This document shows, piece by piece, positions 14,939 to 21,795 of a DNA stretch of 34,694 nucleotides. Numbering within the stretch: position 1 is the first letter of the stretch; each line of letters opens with the position of its first letter. This stretch comes from Acutalibacteraceae bacterium (GTDB taxonomy: Bacteria > Bacillota > Clostridia > Oscillospirales > Acutalibacteraceae). The stretch covers positions 1 through 34,694 of the forward strand of contig JAZOWJ010000199.1 in the NCBI GenBank assembly GCA_045659125.1. Reading direction: 5' to 3'. The notes below the pieces were generated by a model. The model was not told the origin of the DNA. It saw only the letters and a program-made list of their open reading frames with translations, and searched no databases. A program made the position numbers and the translations under genes.

Positions 14939-17374
14939 ATGTTAAAAAATGCTTTGTTCATCACAAACCGCGACTTTACCGTCAACAAGAAAAAGCCGTG
15001 GGCAAACATGACCTACAATTCCCGTGAGCTGCCTATGCCCGATAACGGCGGTGTCATGTGCTTCAAAAAGGAAATCGAGCTTGAACGCACAGTCAGCAAG
15101 GCTGTTATTACCGCAACCGCACTGGGTATTTTTGAGCTGTATGTCAACGGTGTTCGTGTCAGCGACAATGGTACCTTTGATGAGCTCAAGCCCGGCTGGA
15201 CCGAATACAAAAAACGCGTCATGGCATTCACCTACGACATTACAAATCTGCTTCAGGAGGGCAAAAACTGCATCATTGCCGAGGTATCCTCGGGCTGGTA
15301 TGCAGGCCGTATCAGCTTCGGCTCCTACGGCTACAAAACCCCTGCATTCTGCGGTGAAATCGCAATTGATTTCGTAGACGACGCAAAGCAGACAATCCCT
15401 ACCGACCGCTCATGGCAGACAGCCGTCACAGGCCCCTACCGCTCAGCCGAAATCTGGGACGGTGTGCTTTACGATGCCCGACAGTGCCGTGAAGATGCCG
15501 ATTGGAAAACGGCAAAAGCCTGCCGTGATTTCAAGGGGGAAATCGTGCCTGCCTCGGGTGCGCCCATCCGTGTGCGTGCGCAATTCAACCGCAAGCCGCA
15601 GAAGGCAACCGTGTATGACGGCATTGTGGAAAACGGAACCGACTACGGCAAAATCAAGGTCTGCCGTGAAAAGGCAGGGGACGGCTGCGAATGCGGTCTT
15701 TTGAAAAAAGGTGAGAATCTCATTCTCGATATGGAGCAGAATATGGTCGGCAGACCTGCTTTGCGTATCAAGGCAGCTGCAGGCACACGCATTGAATTCT
15801 TGTTTGCGGAGCTGCTCAACGACAGCGGTGAAAAGGACCGCGGCAACGACTATGCCAAGGGCAGCGCCTATATCAAGAATTACCGTTCCGCTCTTTCCCG
15901 ACTTGTTTACATTGCAAACGGAAACGGCGAAGAGGAATTTGCACCCTGCCACACCTTCTACGGCTTCCGCTATCTTGAAATCAGTGCCGATAACGATGTT
16001 GAAATTCTCGGCATCACAGGTGAGGTCATCGGCAGCGATAATGATGAAATCGGCTCCTTCCGTTGCTCGGATGAAAAGGTCAATAAGCTCTTTTCCAATA
16101 TTGTGTGGGGGCTTCGCGGCAACTATTTAAGTGTGCCCACCGATTGTCCGCAGCGTGACGAGCGCCTCGGCTGGACAGGGGACACGCAGGTGTTCTGCGG
16201 TGCAGGCAGCTACATTGCCGACACGGAAAGCTTTTTCAAGAAATGGCTGCGTGATGCCCGTGACACCCAGACCAAAAAGGGTGGCTACGGTGACGTTATC
16301 CCCAATGTTTTCGACAACGAGGGCAGCAATGCCGCATGGGGTGAAGCAGGTATCATCGTGCCTTACATGATGTATCTCAAATTCAACTCGGTTGATATTC
16401 TCGCAGAGCATTTTGACTCCATGGAAAAATATATGCGCTTCCTGAAAAAGCGCAAGCCCGAGGGTCCGGGCACCGCATTCGGCGACTGGCTGTGCTACGA
16501 AACCACCGACAAGCGCTATATCGCCGACTGCTACTATGCCTATGCGCTCGACCTGATGAAAAAGATTTCCGATATTCTCGGCAAGTCCGACCGTGCCGCA
16601 TACTATGCAAAGGAGCACGCACGCTTCAAAAAGGTGTTTGCCGAAAAGTATATTGACAAGGACGGCTTAACCGAAAAAACGCAGACAGCCTATCTGCTTG
16701 CACTCAAGTTTGACCTCATTCCGTCCTTCATCCGTGCCGCAGAATCCGAAAAACTGCGCCGTAAGATTACGGAAAATAACTACACCCTGTCCTGCGGCTT
16801 TGTCGGTGCAGGTATTCTCAATCAGACCCTTGCAGCACTCGACATGGATGACCTTGCTTATTCTCTGCTGCTGCAGGAAAACGACCCGTCGTGGCTGTAC
16901 AGTGTCAATCAGGGTGCAACCACCGTGTGGGAGCGTTGGAATTCTTACACCATTGCCAAGGGATTCGGTGATGTGGGCATGAACTCGTTTAACCACTATG
17001 CCTACGGTGCGGTTGCGGAATGGATGTTCGCGTATGCTGCAGGCATCGGTGCAGACCCGAAGAACCCTGCATTCAAGAATATCATTCTCTCTCCGCGTCC
17101 CGATATGAGAACAACTCTTCCCGAAGGACAAAAGAAAATCACCTTTGCGGAAGCGGAATACAATTCCCGTGCAGGCCTCATCAAAGCCGCATGGAAAGCC
17201 GACGGCGACGGATTTGTCTATGATTTTGAAATCCCCGAAGGCAGCACCGCCGATGCGCAAATTTTCAAATGCCTTGACCAACTCGAAATCAACGGTGAGA
17301 AGGCAGACGCAGAACTGAAAAACGGTAAATGGTGCTTTACCCTGACGGCAGGAAAATATACAATCAAAGCATAA
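14939..17374 (+). CDS. alpha-L-rhamnosidase (GH78), intracellular
   Basis: 811 aa. Hallmark PTDCPQRDERLGWTGDTQVF. SD GGAGG upstream. No signal peptide. Confidence 0.9.
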   Translation: MLKNALFITNRDFTVNKKKPWANMTYNSRELPMPDNGGVMCFKKEIELERTVSKAVITATALGIFELYVNGVRVSDNGTFDELKPGWTEYKKRVMAFTYDITNLLQEGKNCIIAEVSSGWYAGRISFGSYGYKTPAFCGEIAIDFVDDAKQTIPTDRSWQTAVTGPYRSAEIWDGVLYDARQCREDADWKTAKACRDFKGEIVPASGAPIRVRAQFNRKPQKATVYDGIVENGTDYGKIKVCREKAGDGCECGLLKKGENLILDMEQNMVGRPALRIKAAAGTRIEFLFAELLNDSGEKDRGNDYAKGSAYIKNYRSALSRLVYIANGNGEEEFAPCHTFYGFRYLEISADNDVEILGITGEVIGSDNDEIGSFRCSDEKVNKLFSNIVWGLRGNYLSVPTDCPQRDERLGWTGDTQVFCGAGSYIADTESFFKKWLRDARDTQTKKGGYGDVIPNVFDNEGSNAAWGEAGIIVPYMMYLKFNSVDILAEHFDSMEKYMRFLKKRKPEGPGTAFGDWLCYETTDKRYIADCYYAYALDLMKKISDILGKSDRAAYYAKEHARFKKVFAEKYIDKDGLTEKTQTAYLLALKFDLIPSFIRAAESEKLRRKITENNYTLSCGFVGAGILNQTLAALDMDDLAYSLLLQENDPSWLYSVNQGATTVWERWNSYTIAKGFGDVGMNSFNHYAYGAVAEWMFAYAAGIGADPKNPAFKNIILSPRPDMRTTLPEGQKKITFAEAEYNSRAGLIKAAWKADGDGFVYDFEIPEGSTADAQIFKCLDQLEINGEKADAELKNGKWCFTLTAGKYTIKA

Positions 17375-17419
17375 TTGCAAAAAAATAAATTACGGTTTAG
17401 CGGTCTGTTAAGGTTACGC

Positions 17420-17608
17420 ACTGACTGATCTCCCCCACCCCTTGTCGCCCCTGAAAGGGGAGATGTCTGCGGAACGCAGACAGAGGGGTTAATGAAGTCA
17501 GAGCAGGCTTTCTTAAAGGGTTTGAAGCAAACTTGGTTGAACCCCTCCGACGGCTTCGCCGCCACCTCCCCTTTCAGGGGCGGCAAGGATTTGATGGGTT
17601 CCGTCAGT
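17420..17608. repeat. imperfect palindromic structured repeat element of about 190 bp (two inverted modules)
   Basis: Module A (17440-17492, minus orientation) and module B (17537-17588) share the flanks AACCCCTC ... CTCCCCTTTCAGGGGCGrCAAGG. Their first hairpins differ: TGTCTGCG-TTC-CGCAGACA versus CGGC-TTC-GCCG. The outer arms ACTGAC (17420-17425) / GTCAGT (17603-17608) also pair. Confidence 0.75.
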
Positions 17609-17670
17609 AAGATAAACCATAATTTACACATTGCTTTGAATTACAACATTCTCAAACTTTCTGTAAAAAC

Positions 17671-17708
17671 CAAAAAAGCAACACCCTCGTTGAAAAACGG
17701 GGGTGTTG
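17671..17708 (-). terminator. rho-independent terminator of the XRE gene
   Basis: Minus strand CAACACCC-loop-GGGTGTTG followed by CTTTTTTGG. Confidence 0.7.
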
Positions 17709-17724
17709 TAATGTGTGTTGATTC

Positions 17725-17931
17725 TTATTTATATCGCTTCGGGTTGTCTGTTCTTTCAAGCAGATAGTCAACGGAAACATCGAAGTAGTCGGCAATCTTG
17801 ATGAGTGTTTCGTAATCCGCTTCCCGTTCGTGGGTTTCATAACGGCTGATGCTGTTCTGATTCATATTCAGATCCATTGCAAGTTTGAGTTGCGATATGC
17901 CCTTGCTTGTTCTCAATTCTTTCAGTCGCAT
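17725..17931 (-). CDS. XRE-family helix-turn-helix transcriptional regulator (68 aa)
   Basis: MRLKELRTSKGISQLKLAMDLNMNQNSISRYETHEREADYETLIKIADYFDVSVDYLL is a classic Cro/C1 HTH. SD AGGAGAG lies 6 nt before the ATG at 17931. The listed longer ORF (to 17970) uses an unsupported TTG. Confidence 0.88.
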   Translation of the reverse strand: MRLKELRTSKGISQLKLAMDLNMNQNSISRYETHEREADYETLIKIADYFDVSVDYLLERTDNPKRYK

Positions 17932-17952
17932 TTTTTCTCTCCTGAAATGTTC

Positions 17953-18005
17953 TTGACAAAAGAATACCAAAATGGTATAGTGAAAATATCCCGATTTGGT
18001 ATAAT
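17953..18005 (+). promoter_or_regulatory. promoter(s) and palindromic operator between the XRE gene and the membrane-protein gene
   Basis: TTGACA (17953-17958), 17 nt, TATAGT (17976-17981). A perfect 15-bp palindrome ATACCAAAATGGTAT (17964-17978) sits in the spacer. A second extended -10, TGGTATAAT (17997-18005), repeats the TTGGTAT half-site. Confidence 0.55.
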
Positions 18006-18027
18006 TGCTATATAAGGAGAAAAAAAG

Positions 18028-18591
18028 ATGATTTTGCCGTTGAATATTTTTAGTTTTATTGAATCCGCATTGTCGGTAATAGGTGTTATTCTTGTTGTAA
18101 TTGTTGTTATTTGTGTTATAGGATTTATAGGTTTAATTTGCCATGTGAAGTCTTGTGATGAAAAAGCAGAAAGAGAAAAAAATCTGGAAAAAGAAAAGCA
18201 AACAGCAAAAAACGGAATGCATAATTCTGATAGTTATAAAAAAATATTTTTGTATTGTTGTTCAATGATAAAAAATATTGTAAGTGCTGTGCCTGAGCAA
18301 TGCAAAGAAGAATTGCCATCAGAGTGGTTAGCGTATACGCAAATATGCTTCTCATTTCACGAAATAGAAGTAAAACATATAAATGCAACAGAAAATATTA
18401 AAGGTGAATGTAGAAAAAGTTATGACGATTTTGGTTGCAAACATTTTGACGTAAATCTAATGATAGATTTGCTATGTGAGGATTTGAATAGATATTTTCC
18501 AATTTTGAAAATAAGCAGAAGTTCAATGGGGCAATATATCTACATTTATTATGCAAACATATACAACAAACATTCCCCATATAAGAAATAA
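18028..18591 (+). CDS. orphan membrane-anchored Cys-rich protein, function unknown
   Basis: 187 aa. SD AAGGAGA. One N-terminal TM helix (SVIGVILVVIVVICVIGFIGLIC), a charged KE-rich linker and a C-terminal domain with many Cys. Very AT-rich. I recognise no family. Confidence 0.65.
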   Translation: MILPLNIFSFIESALSVIGVILVVIVVICVIGFIGLICHVKSCDEKAEREKNLEKEKQTAKNGMHNSDSYKKIFLYCCSMIKNIVSAVPEQCKEELPSEWLAYTQICFSFHEIEVKHINATENIKGECRKSYDDFGCKHFDVNLMIDLLCEDLNRYFPILKISRSSMGQYIYIYYANIYNKHSPYKK

Positions 18592-18600
18592 CTTAAACAT

Positions 18601-18632
18601 AACTCTCCGTTCGTTTGGGCGGAGAGTTTTAA
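18601..18632 (+). terminator. rho-independent terminator after the membrane-protein gene
   Basis: AACTCTCCG-loop-CGGAGAGTT followed by TTTAAAAT. Confidence 0.65.
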
Positions 18633-18638
18633 AATGCG

Positions 18639-18667
18639 TTGACTTTATGAGTGAATATGGGTAAAAT
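18639..18667 (+). promoter_or_regulatory. candidate pepV promoter
   Basis: TTGACT (18639-18644), 17 nt, TAAAAT (18662-18667). Confidence 0.45.
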
Positions 18668-18709
18668 AGCAATAAGAAAGATTTAATTAAAGAAGAAAGG
18701 AACATAAAA

Positions 18710-20128
18710 ATGCACTTCAATGAATATATCGACTCCCAAAAAGACCGTTTTCTCTCGGACCTTGCGCGGTTGGTAAAAGTGCGCAGTGTGCGTGAAGATG
18801 CCAAGGACGGTGCACCCTTTGGGGACGGCCCGAAAAAGGCACTCGATGAGGCCATGGCCATCTGTGCCGAGCACGGCTTTGCCATGACAAATTACGATTA
18901 CTATGCAGGCGAAACCGATTTAGGGGAAGACCCTGCTTTGATGATTCTTGCCCATCTTGATGTGGTGGACGAGGGGGAGGGCTGGACCAAGCTGCCTTAT
19001 GAAATGACCGTTGAAGACGGCAAGCTCTTCGGCAGAGGTACCATGGACGATAAGGGTCCTGCTCTTGCGGCACTCTATGCCATGGAAGCCGTGCGCGAAT
19101 GCGGTATTGAACTTAAAAAGGGTGTGCGTCTTGTGCTCGGCTGTGCGGAAGAAACAGGCAGTGAGGACATGGAATATTATTTCTCCAAGCGTCCGACCCT
19201 GCCTTATTGCTTCTCACCCGATGCCGCTTATCCGCTGATTCACCTTGAAAAGGGAAGATTTGCACCTTATTTCTCCAAAAACTGGGAGCCTGACAATGCC
19301 ATTCCCCGTGTGATGAAAATCAACGGCGGTACGACCCCGAACATCGTGCCCTGCAAGGCAAGTGCTGTTTTGCTCGGCTTGACTGCCGCACAGGTGCAGC
19401 CCGTGTGCGATGAATACAAGGCAAAAACAGGTGCAAATTTTGTTTTGACCGAGGAATTCAACTGCGAGGGCGGTGTGTGCTGCAAAAAGCTCGTCATTAC
19501 CGCCGAGGGTGTTGCCGCCCATGCCAGCGAGCCGTTCAAGGGCATCAATGCGCAGACGGCACTGCTTGCACTTCTGTGTGCACTTCCGCTTGCAGACAGC
19601 GAAGCCACAAAGGCGATTCACACACTCAATAAATTGTTCCCCCACGGTGATACCAAGGGTGAATGTGTCGGCATTGCCATGGAAGATGAAATCTCAGGGG
19701 AGCTGACCTTCAATTTCGGTGTGCTCGAGCTGCTCGAGGACGGCTTGACTGCCTGCTTTGATACCCGTGTTCCCGTGTGTGCCACCAAGGAAAATGTGTT
19801 CGATGTGGTGGATGCGGCTCTGAAAAAGGAAGGATTTGCCTTCCGCGAGGATGCTCACATGATCCCCGCCCACCATGTACCCAAGGATGCACCGATCGTC
19901 AAAACACTGCTGTCGGTTTATGAGCAGTACACGGGCGAAAAGGGAGAAGCCTTTGCCATCGGCGGCGGAACCTATGTGCATCACATCGAGGGCGGCGTTG
20001 CCTTCGGCTGTGAAATGCCGGGTGTGGACTACCGCCTGCACGGCCCCGACGAATTTGCCGACCTTGACACACTTCTGCTGTCGGCAAAAATGTTCGCTGA
20101 AGCCATTGTCAGACTTTGCGGAGAATAA
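18710..20128 (+). CDS. pepV: M20-family dipeptidase (PepV/Sapep type)
   Basis: 472 aa. LAHLDVVDEGEGW, GRGTMDDKGPALAALYA and CAEETGSEDM are typical M20A metal and catalytic motifs. Confidence 0.85.
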   Translation: MHFNEYIDSQKDRFLSDLARLVKVRSVREDAKDGAPFGDGPKKALDEAMAICAEHGFAMTNYDYYAGETDLGEDPALMILAHLDVVDEGEGWTKLPYEMTVEDGKLFGRGTMDDKGPALAALYAMEAVRECGIELKKGVRLVLGCAEETGSEDMEYYFSKRPTLPYCFSPDAAYPLIHLEKGRFAPYFSKNWEPDNAIPRVMKINGGTTPNIVPCKASAVLLGLTAAQVQPVCDEYKAKTGANFVLTEEFNCEGGVCCKKLVITAEGVAAHASEPFKGINAQTALLALLCALPLADSEATKAIHTLNKLFPHGDTKGECVGIAMEDEISGELTFNFGVLELLEDGLTACFDTRVPVCATKENVFDVVDAALKKEGFAFREDAHMIPAHHVPKDAPIVKTLLSVYEQYTGEKGEAFAIGGGTYVHHIEGGVAFGCEMPGVDYRLHGPDEFADLDTLLLSAKMFAEAIVRLCGE

Positions 20129-20134
20129 AAAGAT

Positions 20135-20176
20135 AAAAAATTTCAGGGACTGCTTTTTTGGCAGTCCCTGATTTGT
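20135..20176. terminator. bidirectional terminator between pepV and the convergent IscU-like gene
   Basis: CAGGGACTGC-TTTTTTG-GCAGTCCCTG, flanked by an A-run on the left and a T-rich stretch on the right. Confidence 0.75.
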
Positions 20177-20538
20177 TAATCCGTGCAACAACAGCAGGAG
20201 TCATCTTCAAACGGAATGTCGTTTTTGCGAAGATAATCCTTGGCGGCATTTTTGGCGGCAACCGTTGCCATGTGTGAGCAATAAAAATACATGGGCGGCA
20301 ATTCGGTTTGCATATTATAAACGATTGCCATGTTGGTCATCTGCAGCACATCGATGACAGGCTTTTCGGGCAACACATCGCACAATGTGCGTGCACAGTC
20401 ATCCAGGTATGCGCTGCCTTCTGCGGAATAGCCGCAGGAGGTGATGATGCCGTTTTCATCAACAACCAATGTCACAACAACGGTTTCATCTGTATCAAGC
20501 GGCACACTTTTGCCGATTCCTAAATTCTTCATAGGCAT
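20176..20538 (-). CDS. divergent IscU/NifU-N-like domain protein with C-terminal CCCC tail
   Basis: The sequence can be aligned by eye to IscU (…VDENGIITSCGYSAEGS…ELPPMYFYCSHMATVAAKNAAKDY). It ends in DDSCCCCTD. The start is more likely the second ATG (20532), which has AGGA 5 nt upstream. Confidence 0.6.
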   Translation of the reverse strand: MPMKNLGIGKSVPLDTDETVVVTLVVDENGIITSCGYSAEGSAYLDDCARTLCDVLPEKPVIDVLQMTNMAIVYNMQTELPPMYFYCSHMATVAAKNAAKDYLRKNDIPFEDDSCCCCTD

Positions 20539-20540
20539 CC

Positions 20541-21635
20541 TTATACGTTGAATCTGAACAGAACGATGTCGCCGTCCTGCATCACATATTCCTTGCCTTC
20601 GGAGCGCATAAGTCCCTTTTCCTTGCAGGCGGTGGTTGAGCCCTCACGGATGAGGTCATCAAACGATACCACCTCTGCACGGATGAAGCCGCGTTCAAAG
20701 TCTGTGTGGATCTTACCTGCGGCCTGCGGAGCCTTGGTGCCCTTCTGAATGGTCCATGCACGCACCTCGGGCTTGCCTGCGGTGAGATAAGACATAAGAC
20801 CCAAAAGGTCATAGCCCTTCTGAATCAGCACATCCAGTCCGCCCTTTTCGATACCTGCGTCGGCAAGGAACATTTCCTTTTCGTCTGCAGGCAGGTCGGC
20901 AAGCTGTGCTTCCAGCTCTGCGCAGATGGGAAGGCAGGCACTGCCTTCTGCAGCGGCAAGCTCGCAAACGGCCTTGTAGTAGGGATTTGCTTCCAGATCC
21001 CCTGCAAAATCCTCTTCGCTCATGTTGCAGGCATAAATAACGGGCTTGAGAGAAAGCAGCGCAACCGTTTCGGCAAGTGCTCTTTCTTTTTCGTCCATTT
21101 CAACAGCTCTTGCGTTGACGGCATTGTCAAGATTCTCTTTCAGGCGGTTGAAGAATGCAATGTCGGAAGCCAGGCTCTTGTCGCCCTTCATGGCCTTGGT
21201 GTCGCGGTCAATGCGGCGTGCAAGAATCTCGGTGTCGGACATAATCAGCTCAAGGTTAATCGTTTCAATATCACGCACGGGGTCAATGTTGCCCTCAACA
21301 TGCACAATGTCGTCATTTTCAAAGCAACGAACAACGTGCACAATGGCATCCACCTCGCGGATGTGTGCAAGGAATTTGTTGCCGAGGCCTTCACCCTTGG
21401 ATGCGCCTCTTACAAGACCTGCAATGTCTACGAATTCAACTGTTGCAGGTGTGATTTTGTCGGGATTATACAGCTTTGCAAGGGCTTCCAGACGGCTGTC
21501 GGGCACGGGAACGATACCCACATTGGGCTCGATGGTGCAGAATGCATAGTTGGCAGCCTGTGCACCTGCATTGGTCAGGGCGTTGAACAGGGTGCTCTTG
21601 CCGACATTGGGAAGACCCACAATACCTAATTTCAT
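20541..21635 (-). CDS. ychF: redox-regulated ATPase YchF (Obg-family)
   Basis: MKLGIVGLPNVGKSTLFNALT, a 364-aa protein with the TGS-like C-terminus ...VMQDGDIVLFRFNV. Confidence 0.95.
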   Translation of the reverse strand: MKLGIVGLPNVGKSTLFNALTNAGAQAANYAFCTIEPNVGIVPVPDSRLEALAKLYNPDKITPATVEFVDIAGLVRGASKGEGLGNKFLAHIREVDAIVHVVRCFENDDIVHVEGNIDPVRDIETINLELIMSDTEILARRIDRDTKAMKGDKSLASDIAFFNRLKENLDNAVNARAVEMDEKERALAETVALLSLKPVIYACNMSEEDFAGDLEANPYYKAVCELAAAEGSACLPICAELEAQLADLPADEKEMFLADAGIEKGGLDVLIQKGYDLLGLMSYLTAGKPEVRAWTIQKGTKAPQAAGKIHTDFERGFIRAEVVSFDDLIREGSTTACKEKGLMRSEGKEYVMQDGDIVLFRFNV

Positions 21636-21732
21636 ATAAAAACCTCATTTCAAAACAAATTGCCGATATAAATTCAATTTATTGTAGCACGAAGCAAACA
21701 AAAATGCAATGCTAAACAAAAAAATAAAAAAC

Positions 21733-21760
21733 TTGCTTTTTATTTTTGTATCGGTATAAT
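21733..21760 (+). promoter_or_regulatory. candidate yfhO promoter
   Basis: TTGCTT (21733-21738), 16 nt, TATAAT (21755-21760). Confidence 0.4.
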
Positions 21761-21795
21761 AAAAACAGTATATTAAAATAGGGGAGGTCTGCGGA

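Noticed and set aside
17218-17767. ORFs 17218-17631 (-) and 17492-17767 (+) spanning the region between the rhamnosidase and XRE genes.
   Set aside because: Both ORFs are read straight through the inverted repeat modules, giving peptides like PPLKGEVAAKPSEGF and GFAATSPFRGGK. They lack an SD and a start context. The conservation pattern is that of nucleic-acid hairpins, not codons.
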